From Phoronis australis (Eukaryota > Animalia > Phoronida), in the NCBI GenBank assembly GCA_002633005.1, contig NMRA01000169.1, positions 475,387 to 539,386 of the forward strand: 64,000 nucleotides of DNA, given 5' to 3'. Of the stretch, positions 1-10,690 are shown piece after piece. The translations under genes were made by a program, and so were the position numbers. The notes under the pieces were generated by a model, which did no database searches, was not told where the DNA came from, and was given only the letters and a program-made list of their open reading frames with translations. Numbering within the stretch: position 1 is the stretch's first letter; each line of letters starts with the position of its first letter.

Positions 1-722
1 CTCTGCACGGTACAAGCCCTCAAACCTGAAAACAAAAGGTCATGTGAAAACAGACATGATAGATTTCCATTTCAACATGTAATAGATTTCCGGAATACAT
101 ATGATACAGAGTAAACAAATAGTGTAATGGATATTTGTCACATACCCTTTGCCATTGGGCTTGGATTGTAATCTCAACTCACTAACCAATATCAAGTTGA
201 CAGCATAAACAGTCTGCATTGATTGATGTAACTGTCACTGATAAACCTGTTAGAAATCATTCCAAACAATGATAATGCTTTGATGTACGAAAAGATCCTG
301 AGTGCTACATGGAGTATCATAACACACATCACAACAAACAAAGATTAACCTGACTGGCGACTGCCGTGAAGTCGACATCGGCGAGTAGCTCAGTTAACAG
401 GCATCAGTGGAATAAACATGGAATAATCATTACAATAATCACAAACCTTACCTTTGTATAAGGTCGTGCTTACTTTCTCTCATAGAAGCACCCTTTTCAT
501 GCAATATCAGATTCAGTTGGCACAGCTGCAAGCCATTTCACCATGTATTTAAAGGTCTTGCGAAATCAAGGCTGCTTAATGTATCACCACTAGTACACGC
601 GCGCCCTCTAGTTATTGTAAATTTTCCGAATAGCCCCATTAACCAGTTTCAATTTCTAATTAATGGTAATCTCTTTTTGGGGTCCTCTTGCATTAAGTGT
701 TAGTTTTAATGCCTGTTTACAG

Positions 723-884
723 GGAATTGTGTCAGAGGTCAGGAGGTCATGTCAGCTGATGTTGAATCAATTGCTGCAACAGTTGAGAACCAATCTGCAG
801 CTGCCGGCCTGCTTGCGTGTGATTGGGTACTTACGACGAATGGACGTTTTCACCGAAGTGCAGCTGAGGATAAAGTTTTTGCAA
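723..884 (+). CDS. COG8: COG8 internal exon ([54 protein letters not shown])
   Basis: ttacAG acceptor 721-722, GTgaga donor 885; 162 nt, phase 0-0. Confidence 0.93.
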
Positions 885-1799
885 GTGAGATTGAAATTTT
901 GCAGTACCTGATTTTATTACTCTTGGACATTGAGGTATCAATCAGTCTGTCATTTACACTCTGAATTATTTTTCTTCGCCTCTCTAGCGGTAACCTGCTT
1001 CACCATGCACAGAGTCTTAAAAGCACAAAAACTTGTTCAAAACACCCAAATTTTGGATTAGGGCACTTGATGTTACCACGGAATTCATATCCACTTTTTC
1101 ATTTGCTGGTTTATTGACAATATCGCAGCTTTGAAAGAGCTGAGAATATCATCAACACAATGTTCTTGTGATTGATTGTCCCAGTTAGCCAGCGCACTAG
1201 CTTGAGACAGTCAAAATGCCTAAGCTATGAGTAAGTCTTTGTTCAGCGGAGTACAAACAATTTCACACCCTGTTACATTAAGCTGATGCTTATCAAATCA
1301 CAGTGTTACTTTTTACTGTTTCGCCCTCTTGATGGACTAGTTAAATCAGTGGAAACAAAGTGTCCAGTTGAGAGTTCCTGAAATCCCTAGGATTACATCA
1401 TGGTGGTTTTGTGTTATGTTTTTTGGGTACAACTGAACTCAGTCAATTAACCAGCCTAGGTGATGGTATGTATGCTACACATACAGTGTGGTTGTAACAG
1501 AGTCATGAGTATGCTAGTTCCCTGCCTGATCAATAGGTGGCATTAGAGCTTTAGGCTGTTGTGGCATTAATAAGTGTGGAAATTTGCATTCACAAATATA
1601 TTGTCGTAGGATTGGCGACTGTATCGGTCTTTTTATGTAGCGCTTATCAAGTAAGTGAAAATACGACTTTGTCTTCCCATTGAAATCAGCCATGACTCAT
1701 CTGGGTAATGTAGTATTTTGATATCAGACTGTTCTTTATTTGGTACTATTCATCCTATTTCTCAGTTGCTTCTTGTGAGACCTTGTTTTTGTTTTCCAG

Positions 1800-1851
1800 G
1801 CTAGAGACACATGGTTTCAAGGGATACTGTCTGCGATTCCTAGTAATGATG
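1800..1851 (+). CDS. COG8: COG8 internal exon (ARDTWFQGILSAIPSND)
   Basis: ttttccAG acceptor, GTaggt donor; 52 nt, phase 0-1; continues the frame of the previous exon. Confidence 0.9.
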
Positions 1852-2117
1852 GTAGGTGAACATGTTGAGGGGCTCACACTTGTGGCTGCTGTTTGTAAAT
1901 GTATCACCTTAACTAACTTGTACAAATTATCAGAGGGTGGAAACAATTCCATGGATGTGCCTCGTAATTCTAGCTGAGATCCTGTAAACCCTATATCGCA
2001 TCAGCTGATACTAAACCCATGGTGCAAATGCCCAGATGCTTGCCATTAAAGTCTGTACATGTACAAACTAGCCTGTTGCCATGGTAACAGCTATTCACAC
2101 CTCTTTGTTCCATCCAG

Positions 2118-2281
2118 CTTACACTCACATCACCAAGACGATAGAAACTAGCCGCGTACACTTGTTCGACATCATCACCCAGTACCGCGCAATCTTCTCT
2201 GATGAAGATCCCTTGCTCACCACGGTGAAGGAGGATGCACCAATAGAGGGAGCTCTCTTCCATGGCTGGGTTGTCCACAAG
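2118..2281 (+). CDS. COG8: COG8 internal exon ([32 protein letters not shown]...FHGWVVHK)
   Basis: atccAG acceptor, GTtggt donor; 164 nt, phase 1-0; highly conserved COG8 motif. Confidence 0.93.
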
Positions 2282-2630
2282 GTTGGTGTATTATCCAAAC
2301 TACAAAATATCTCCACTTTGGAGCACAAGTGTTAAGAATAGATTACCTGTGATAAGGTGACTTTCTGTGGCAAACTTGTTTGCCTGAAATTCTGTGACAC
2401 TTTGTCATATTTTGAGAATTGTGTGACAAAATATGAGAAATTTGCTGAGCCAGATGGTCTGTTAGTGTTTTGTTGTGTTTGCCATGTTGTCAAGCCACTT
2501 TGTTAAAACATTGTCGTAATAAGATTTGTACAGTACAAGACAAAAGTAATCAGACAAAATACCATTTTTCCGTCATGACGGCTAATTTACCTAATATGGG
2601 GAGGGAGAGCTATCCTTGCAGCAAAGTTCT

Positions 2631-2964
2631 AATTACAGAGTGGCTTAGTCACCTTACTAACTGTAATGTTAATTACAGAATGGGTTAGCCATATTACGAA
2701 CTGTAATATCAATTACAGAATGGCTTAGCCATCTTAGCAACTGTAATGTTAATTACAGAATGGCTTAGTCACCTTACTAACTGTAATATTAATTACAGAA
2801 TGGGTTAGCCATGTTACTAACTGTAATGTTAATTACAGAATGGCTTAGCCATCTTACTAACTTTAATTAAATGTTAATTACAAAATGGCTTAGCCATCTT
2901 ACTAACTTTAATTAAATGCTAATTACAAAATGGCTTAGCCATCTTACTAACTCTACTGTTAATT
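2631..2964. repeat. Intronic minisatellite, ~8 copies of a 40-45 bp unit
   Basis: Unit aattacagaatggcttagccatcttactaactgtaatgtt starts at 2631, 2671, 2711, 2751, 2791, 2831, 2876 and 2921; no unique spacers. Confidence 0.92.
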
Positions 2965-3613
2965 CCCCTTCATTCTCAGTCATCAGGGGAGACTACTGTG
3001 ATGATGAATTTGATATGATGGAATTCTGGGTAATTTCATTTGAAAACTGTAGTACCGTGTTGTACTGTTAATTTCTGTAGCTTTTGAAAAAAGAACTTTG
3101 CACAATGTGATAGAGGTGAGTTCTTTTTCTTTTCCTGAAACAGTGAGGTGCAGGTTCCAAAACTAATCGGGTGCAGACCAGAACAGTGATGTGATTTCTG
3201 GCCCTGAAGTAGAATAAATTTATGCATTAATGTGGTTAAGCCTATGAGAAATGAAAACTAATTTTGTTCGAAATTGGTGATTTTTTCCAGACCTTTTGAT
3301 TTCATACGAAATGTTTACTTTTGATTTTGAATATCTTTACGGACATGCCAGTTTGTGTGTTTCTGTTATGAAGCCTCTTGCTATTCATCTTAGGATGTTT
3401 TTGTCAAATTGTATGAGCTGATAAATCACCAGCTCTGCACATATGTGCCATTTGGCTCCTTTTCCACGATTGTCATTTTTTTTTTTTTTCTGTTTACCGT
3501 CGCAGTTTTTGCCTGCCAAGGACTTTGACGAATTTCAATGAAATTCCTCACCGTTTTTGAGTACTATACCAGTGTATAATCCTTTGTGACCACATCACTT
3601 ATTTTCATTTCAG

Positions 3614-3813
3614 GTGTCCCAGTTTCTGACCACTCTGGAGCATGATCTTGAACAAGGGGTTGGTGGTCGTCTGGACTCGGTTCTCGGCCAGTGCATGTAC
3701 TTTGGCCTCTCTTTCAGTCGTGTCGGAGCTGACTTTCGGGGCCTCCTGGCTCCAGTCTTTCAGAGATCGGCACTGAAGCTATTTGAGGCTTCAATTAAAG
3801 AAGCCACTGTAAA
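3614..3813 (+). CDS. COG8: COG8 internal exon (VSQFLTTLEHDL...GQCMYFGLSFSRVGADFRGLL...EATV)
   Basis: tttcAG acceptor, GTaggt donor at 3814; 200 nt, phase 0-2. Confidence 0.93.
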
Positions 3814-4220
3814 GTAGGTTGTATTACATTGCTTTTAGGTACGGGAAGTACTCTCTGTTCAATTTTACATGCCATGCATTATGAGGATAATTTGCAATTC
3901 AGTATATGCCAAAAATAATGTGGCAAAACTTTATGGGAAATCACGTCACGAAAGCTGAATTCAAGTTGAATTCATGATCATAGAAATGGCATTACTTTCG
4001 GTGAGAACTGTTTGAGAAAAGGAGTGAACATGGTTTGACAATGCCATCTATGGGAGGCAAAATACAAACCAGTTAGGGATGGGCACGCATACTGTGATGA
4101 AGCAGACATCTAAAAATCAATGAAAGACTTTGCATCAGTTTTAGCCCGTCTGTGGTAAATTTTCTTTTTTTCAACAAAGGAGCATCTGTATTCCTCATTT
4201 ATTTTTTTCTATTTAGTGTA

Positions 4221-4300
4221 ATATTTAAAATGAGTGGCAGCAATTATTTCAAGAGGGCCCTCAACAACAAAATGTAAAACAGTGAATATAATAGTAAAAC
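4221..4300 (-). mobile_element. 3' tail fragment of an L2/CR1-like retroelement
   Basis: Reverse complement of gttgttgagggccctcttg...ctcattttaaata, the same tail seen at ~42450-42510 and (reversed) at 43641 and 44543. Confidence 0.5.
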
Positions 4301-4394
4301 ATTCATTAGGTACATTTAAGAAAGAAGTAGTTAAAATTGGTTGAGAATATAGGGAACAAAACAGCTTATTATTCAAAATGACTTATTCTTATTG

Positions 4395-4584
4395 AAATGA
4401 CCTGGGCAAAAAATGAATTTCAGGCCTCAAAAGGGAGGCCCCTATATTAATTAGGAAGGCCCTGCTCACCATCCACCTTAAGGTGGGGCTCCGCTCTCCG
4501 GCCGCCTTTCGGTGAGGCCACCTATATTAATATGGAACACCCCATTTTTGACGCCCGCAATTCAATTTCTTGCCTAGGTCATTT
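4395..4584. mobile_element. Fold-back MITE-like element (~190 bp)
   Basis: Imperfect ~70-bp inverted arms: left aaatgacctgggcaaaaaatgaatttcaggcctcaaaa versus right-end reverse complement aaatgacctaggcaagaaattgaattgcgggcgtcaaaa. Confidence 0.6.
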
Positions 4585-4998
4585 TAAGTACTAGTCCACG
4601 AGAGCACCAGCCATGAGCGGCAAGGTGGGGGTCAGCCGATTTTCACCAAATTTGGCACATAGGTAGTCGTATGGGATCTATAAACAGTGGTAAAATATTT
4701 CCTCAAAATATTGCGTTTTTCTAAAGTTATAGGCTCAAACACATTTTACGGCTTCGCAGCCATGTTTTCACGGTATAAAAACTGTCCAGTTTTAACTGTT
4801 CATATTTTTCCTTGAATGAAAGCTATTGATTTATTATTCACTTGGCATTGTTTAGTGGTGCCTGTAGATTGTTACACAGATGTCTTGAAACACGATTCCG
4901 ATTTACCACCCTCATTTAGTAGTTTTACTACACTGCCCCCCGTTATGCCATTTTGAGGTTGTGTTCAGTACACTGCTGTACCAAATCTGCCCCCACTG

Positions 4999-5127
4999 NN
5001 NNNNNNNNNNNNNNNNNNNNNNNNNNNNNNNNNNNNNNNNNNNNNNNNNNNNNNNNNNNNNNNNNNNNNNNNNNNNNNNNNNNNNNNNNNNNNNNNNNNN
5101 NNNNNNNNNNNNNNNNNNNNNNNNNNN
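4999..5127. other. Assembly gap (N run)
   Basis: Run of N. Confidence 0.99.
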
Positions 5128-5271
5128 TGAATTTTTTAGGCATTTACTATTTTACAGTATTGAAAACCATGTGCTGGAATGTTAATGTTTTGTGCTTTGT
5201 TTTTGACAAATGTATATGTTCATCTGTGTTAAGGAATATTCAGCCATTTATTTTAATTGTTTTGTTCACAG

Positions 5272-5456
5272 AGTGCCACGCTGCAACCTCCACTGTCGCT
5301 GTTGGATTTCCCTCCTTTGGCTGTCTACTGCAATGGTGTTCTCACTGCCTTTAACGACCTGAGACTGTGTTCTCCAATCTCACTGGCTGACAACATTGCC
5401 AATCAGCTTCAAGAGTCTGTCGTCAATGTAGCCTCGACCATTTTGTCATTTCATAG
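5272..5456 (+). CDS. COG8: COG8 internal exon (SATLQPPLSLLDFPPLAVYCNGVLTAFNDLRLCSP...LSFH)
   Basis: ttcacAG acceptor, GTtagt donor; 185 nt, phase 0-2. Confidence 0.92.
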
Positions 5457-5974
5457 GTTAGTACGGTTGCTCAGAATCTTTGTATTAAGTGACTGCTGTT
5501 TGGGGCTATTGGTATCTTACCAATGACAATTTTCCTTGCTGTGACTTAACTTTTGAAATTTAATGAATCCTATTTTCAAGGACAGTAGATATAGTTTTAG
5601 ACAGGAAAACATTGTTTTGATTTCTGGATAATTTTCCTTCCACAGAGTTCCTTTACAATCATGTTCTACGCTTAACAAAACTGGACTTCAACACAATTGT
5701 AACTTCAACCACTGTAAGGAACATCTGATATTTTTAACAGTAATAAAATTTTCTGTTGCCATGTGTGATGCCAACACATTTTGACAATGTTCTGTATAAT
5801 TTCTAAGAAACTTGAGACTATCATTTCTTGGTAAATGTATTGTCAAGTTGCATTTACTGGAGTCACTTTCAGTAGGCCTAAGTTAATCACTCTGTCTTCC
5901 TTTCCATGTTTGGTCTTCGCTGCATTCCATAGATGCTGCATCTGCATAACACGGCCAATCTAACTCCATTGCAG

Positions 5975-6143
5975 AACTGAAGAGGGCGCCTTCAACCAAC
6001 ATGAACAGGAACTCTTCACTCGTCTGTGCAGCGTATTTGCCGACGACTTTCTTCCATTTGTCAACAGGTGTCTCCAAGCACTGTTTCCACCTATGCAGAT
6101 CGCTCAGATTCTTGGTGTCTCCTTATCTGAGCTAGCTAAAATG
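5975..6143 (+). CDS. COG8: COG8 internal exon (RTEEGAFNQHEQELFTRLCSVFADDFLPFVNRCLQALFPPMQIAQILGVSLSELAKM)
   Basis: ttgcAG acceptor, GTaagc donor; 169 nt, phase 2-0; matches the COG8 NRCLQxLFPP motif. Confidence 0.92.
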
Positions 6144-7326
6144 GTAAGCACCTTTCGATGTCTCATGGGGAGAGACGTGGTAAGTCATGGATTATTCCCA
6201 ACTTTGACCCTTATTCACCAAATATTATTACACGACTGCAATACTTCTCTTATTGGCTGAAATGCTGTCAATAACTTCCAGTATACCATAACATTGACCA
6301 ACCTGTTAGCAGAATTTCACCTTTTTATTGATAGCGCCTGGTCTTCAGATGTCGTTTTTCACAATCTGACCAATCAGACACTGGAGAAACCATTAATCGA
6401 AGCGAGTAGACAATGTATGTACATCAGAGCAGACAAGAACAAGCTAATCTAATAAAACATATATTGAGCGGACCCTCCAGGCAACATTGCTCTTCCTTAG
6501 TCCAAATGACCTATTATGACCGTGGTCATATTTGACTTCAGAGTCCCATTCCACTCGCCTTTGGCAGTTCTTTTGTCAAAATCTTTATTAATTAGACCAC
6601 TTTCAAGTGAATAATTGACTAGATGTTCCGTGCATGGGTTTGAAGCAAGCTTTATTTCTGGGCTTGTGGAGAATATTTTGTTATTGCATGACATGTTCTG
6701 TACATGGATTAGGAATAAGCGTTGTTTCTGGATGTCAGGTGAACATTTTGTTATTGCAAGACTGATTGGTTTTCGCAGATTAGTGTTCGTTTTGCAACAA
6801 AAGGCAGTTTGAGATGGAATTAATTATACTATATGTATTACCATCCGTTAGTATTTGGTGACAATGTACATGATTCCATCTCTTCATTGAAAGTCTGGCA
6901 ATTTCGGAGTTTCCATTTGTGGAAATAAATTAAATGCCTGATTAAGGACAGGTGGCAAAAATGTAATTTCCAATAGTAGGTCATATTGCGAGTTCATGCA
7001 TGTGTTTGGAAGCAATCATCAGCAAAGATTACTATTTATGTACTTTTTGTGAGACATTCTATGAAAATGGAGTCTCGTCATGAAAAACTCACAATATACA
7101 ATCCGAGTATGAATCTTCTGCATAGGTGCGGGAACTGGTTCAGCAGACCAATATTTTCTATAAAGTATGTCTAAAAGGTATATCAAGGTCTCTAGAATGC
7201 ACCAAATGAGACTTGAATTCTCAAAATTTTATGGGGAAGAAACCCAACTCCCTTTGTGTATCCTTCCCATAGAGTTGCTTCGGACACCACAGTTCTGTAC
7301 AACTAGATGAATTTGTTCCACTTCAG

Positions 7327-8049
7327 GGAAACATTGGTATCATTGACTGCACAGTGGCGCTAAAACCTCTGGAGCATCTGTTGCCAGCCAAGAAAGAAGA
7401 AGTATCAGAGCTTCCTATTGGCAAACAGCCGGTGTTTACCCTGGATACAGACTCCACTGATGAATCAGAACAGTCGTTGCGTAAGGAAAGTCCACCAAGC
7501 GCAGAGAATGAAGATGAATCAATACAAGCTGATAAGGATGGGCCGGAAATTAATGCAGCTTCAAAGCAATCCGACAGTTCCATAGAAAGCCATGACAAAC
7601 TTACAAAAACTGCAGACATTTCTGTGATGGATGGAGATAGCATTGTGCATACACCTCAGTTGGTTACTGCAGAGACCACTGTTCCTAATGCAGACAGTGA
7701 AGTGTCTGGTGGTGTGAGAAATACTGTTGACTCACAGATACAGCTGGTGGGAAACACAGATGACGCCTCAAAATCACAAATCGTTTCTGGAAGCATGGTC
7801 GACATAAACTTTGCAGATATGGGGAGTGAGCAGGGGACGTTAGACTCAAACAGTATAAAAAAATCTGATGCGACAAACTCACAGGCTTCTACAACAGTGA
7901 CGTCATCGCAGGTCCACCAGACAAGTCAACAGGGGTTGTTAGGATCAGCTGCGAGTCCGTCTGGTTCCCAAATGTTTCAGATTCCTCCAGAGATACAAAG
8001 ACTGTTGGATCAGACAAATGATACCTCTCCAACAGAGGGAGCTACATGA
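7327..8049 (+). CDS. COG8: COG8 terminal exon (GNIGIIDCTVALKPLEHLLP plus long acidic S/T/D/Q-rich tail, TGA stop)
   Basis: cttcAG acceptor, phase 0; open for 241 codons to TGA 8047-8049. Confidence 0.85.
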   Translation, partial: GNIGIIDCTVALKPLEHLLPAKKEEVSELPIGKQPVFTLDTDSTDESEQSLRKESPPSAENEDESIQADKDGPEINAASKQSDSSIESHDKLTKTADISVMDGDSIVHTPQLVTAETTVPNADSEVSGGVRNTVDSQIQLVGNTDDASKSQIVSGSMVDINFADMGSEQGTLDSNSIKKSDATNSQASTTVTSSQVHQTSQQGLLGSAASPSGSQMFQIPPEIQRLLDQTNDTSPTEGAT

Positions 8050-8133
8050 TAGGAAACAATTGGTCATCTTGATTCATTTCTGTTGGTATATCTGGTAATC
8101 TTTTTATGGCTAAACAAGATAAATTTGGTGATA

Positions 8134-8139
8134 AATAAA
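8134..8139 (+). terminator. Candidate COG8 polyadenylation signal AATAAA
   Basis: Hexamer ~85 nt after the stop codon. Confidence 0.5.
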
Positions 8140-8374
8140 GTTTATTCATAATACAAAATGCACTTAATATTCCGTTGACAGTGTCCATTGCAAACATCAT
8201 TAGTCCTAACATCATTTCTAAAATCAAGTGGTCTGTTTACACCAATCTCTAGCCTATTTAGCACAGCGTTTCAGTCGGTGACCTTTACAGCCATCTTCAG
8301 GTGGTGCAGTGTCACTAGACGAACAAGCACAGGTGTATAGTATACTCACAGTAGTTGGTAATGAGCACTTTTCT

Positions 8375-8445
8375 TGGCGCAAGCTGGGATTGAACTAGGG
8401 ACCGTTAGATTGCCAGTTCAGTACTCTCACCATTGACCACCATGA
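8375..8445 (-). mobile_element. tRNA-derived SINE head remnant
   Basis: Minus strand has A-box-like TGGTCAATGG and B-box GTTCAATCC at tRNA spacing, but no paired acceptor stem. Confidence 0.5.
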
Positions 8446-9083
8446 ATGTACAGCACACCCGTGCTCATTCTTCTAAGAATGACGTAACACATGGAGATGG
8501 CTGGAGAAGTGACCAGCTGAAATGCTATGCAAATGTAAGTGGGCTAGGGGTTGGTGTAAATAGATCAATATATTTTAGAAACGATGCCACCCAATTACCA
8601 CCTCAAAGCCATTTTAGGAACACATCTTTACTCCTGCTTTGGACAAAGAAAACTTTATTAAAGTCGAACAATACTTCAGCTATGAAAATTCATGAATTAA
8701 GAGTTAATGTTTTTCTGTACTTGTCTTCACCATATCTATTCCATTTATAAAGTAAAGTGGTCACAATTAACATTGCTATTGCACAAACAAAGCACCGAGC
8801 CATATCAATAACATATTTGAACCAGAATATGGTCTTGTTTCTGGCAATAGTCTGATATAACATAACCGTATTTTGAGAAAACTGGTTCTCAAAATTCGGG
8901 CCCGCTATATCAGACCATTACCCTTGTTCCTTGCAAGGCATACTAAACTGGCACAGACTTCATACAAAATCTTTCTCCGACTTTAAATAATATTGTTTGC
9001 AAAGACTGAAAGTGCTCTTGCTTAAAAACGTGGCATATAATATTGGTGACCTAACACAGTTTTCTAGCTGTGAGGCTATGCAA

Positions 9084-9286
9084 GCAGACATCAAGCCACT
9101 GTGGGGCCCTACAGGCAGACATTGAGCCAAGGTGGGGCCCTACAGGCAGACATTGAGCCAATGTGGGGCCCTACAGGCAGACATTGAGCCACTGTGGGGC
9201 CCTACAGGCAGACATTGAGCCAATGTGGGGCCCTACAGGCAGACATTGAGCCAATGTGGGGCCCTACAGGCAGACATTGAGCCACT
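9084..9286. repeat. 31-bp minisatellite, ~6.5 copies
   Basis: gcagacattgagccaatgtggggccctacag at 9084, 9115, 9146, 9177, 9208, 9239 and 9270. Confidence 0.95.
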
Positions 9287-9357
9287 TTGCTCAACTTCTG
9301 ACCAACAGGCTTAAATTAGATCGAACACAGTCAAAACATTGTCACGTGTCATCGACA

Positions 9358-9363
9358 TTTATT
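9358..9363 (-). terminator. Candidate TNNI3K polyadenylation signal (AATAAA on minus strand)
   Basis: tttatt on the plus strand ~155 nt past the stop; a more distal one at 8654-8659. Confidence 0.45.
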
Positions 9364-9516
9364 TAGTGAACATTTCTAACTGCGGAGAAGGCAAAATTAC
9401 TGCCTTACATCGTTTTTAAGACAAATTTCCTGTCATAGACATGAGAACTACAAACGGCTGCAGCAATAAATATCAATAGCATATCACACATATCTGACAC
9501 TGTTCATTCAGAGCTC

Positions 9517-9661
9517 TTAGTCTTCCTCTGGCTTGGAAGCAGGAGGCCAGTGAAGACCAGGGTTAAGACTTGATGATACACGTAGTGTGCTCAGTGGATC
9601 CGAGACGTAACCGTTCTTGTCCAATGGGAGACGCCGGCGAAAGTCTTCCAACGACACACCA
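9517..9661 (-). CDS. TNNI3K: TNNI3K coding exon 21 (terminal; GVSLEDFRRRLPLDKNGYVSDPLSTL...EED*)
   Basis: tttcAG acceptor; 145 nt to TAA. Confidence 0.9.
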
Positions 9662-9981
9662 CTGAAACATCAAGGAAGGTAGAGAAACCAAAATAATGAA
9701 TTTCTGATGTAAGTAAACATCGCTTGTTAGTTCATGATTTAAAAACTATGAAAGAAGATTAAGAATTCTGGACAGTTCAGAAATTCCAGAGAAAATGGAA
9801 TTCTGCACTCAATTAATCCTACGAATTCTCAACAGGTTACAATCACAGTGGTAATGAACCAGAAAGAATAAATGTTCTGTTTCAGGACTAGATGTTTCAT
9901 TAACGTCAATAGCTAGGCCATTATTACAAAAATTGTCTCAGGATGAGACCAAAATGAACTGATAGTTAATCGGACATGTAC

Positions 9982-10199
9982 CTGCTTTTGGCAGCCTCTT
10001 CCCAACGTGACCTCAGGGCACTCACATGACCAGTCAAGGGTGGGGTCGACCGACCATCAGTATCGTCGTCCTCCGTGGTGATGACAGGCGCATCCATGGC
10101 GAAGGTTACTGTGGAGCTGGAGTTGCTAAGCAACGCCACAGCCTGGGAGTCACGACACTCGTCCACTATAGGTACAATCTCATTAAACTCTGGTCGATC
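9982..10199 (-). CDS. TNNI3K: TNNI3K coding exon 20 (DRPEFNEIV...GHVSALRSRWEEAAKS)
   Basis: accAG / GTacat; 218 nt, phase 0-2. Confidence 0.9.
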
Positions 10200-10580
10200 C
10201 TGGTCAGACAACATGAACACAACTTTCAAATTACTACTCACAAACACTTTTTACTTGATATTTTGACAACTAACTTCAAAACAATAATATTCAATTTCAA
10301 ATCAATTGCACTGCCTATCATTGTAGAAACTTCAGCTTCCCAAGAACGACAAGACAAAGAGTGGCTGATTTCAGCCACAGCCATAATAAAGATAGTTTCA
10401 AATGGTAGTTAACTGAAATGTACCTTTCTGTTCACCTTTTACGCGTCACTAAAACTCTATAAACGAATGCTCAAACACAGCACTAGCTACATTTTTTGAT
10501 TAAATATAATTTGATGTACGTATTTTGACAGTCAAACCGTCGATGTATCTGACTAAAAAGCAATAAACACAAATGCCCAC

Positions 10581-10690
10581 CTCAGCATTTGCATTCCATG
10601 CCCTCTGTAGGAGCAACACAATGGGTTTAGGGAAGGTGATGGCGATTGGAGGACGGGTGTTCCTGTATGCCATGTCAGCAGCAGCAGCGG
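10581..10690 (-). CDS. TNNI3K: TNNI3K coding exon 19 ([16 protein letters not shown]...RAWNANAE)
   Basis: tctAG / GTgggc; 110 nt, phase 1-0. Confidence 0.93.

Larger units (their letters stand above)
723..8049 (+). other. COG8: COG8 gene (conserved oligomeric Golgi complex subunit 8), 3' portion; 5' exons lie upstream of the window
   Basis: Spliced translation gives Dor1/COG8 motifs [62 protein letters not shown] and LQPPLSLLDFPPLA..FNDLRLC. Exons: 723-884, 1800-1851, 2118-2281, 3614-3813, [missing], 5272-5456, 5975-6143, 7327-8049. Confidence 0.95.

Noticed and set aside
2631-2964. CRISPR-like array of palindromic repeats
   Set aside because: Units are contiguous with no unique spacers, there are no cas genes, and it lies in a spliceosomal intron; it is a minisatellite. 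The same applies to 9084-9286 and 35129-35248.
4943-5354. ORFs spanning the first N run (also 39868-40316)
   Set aside because: Open only because N codons hide stops.
7323-7643. 106-aa minus-strand ORF
   Set aside because: Antisense shadow of the COG8 terminal exon with no recognisable motif.
8375-8445. Functional tRNA gene (also 58743-58805)
   Set aside because: A/B boxes present but acceptor and anticodon stems do not pair; treated as SINE remnants.
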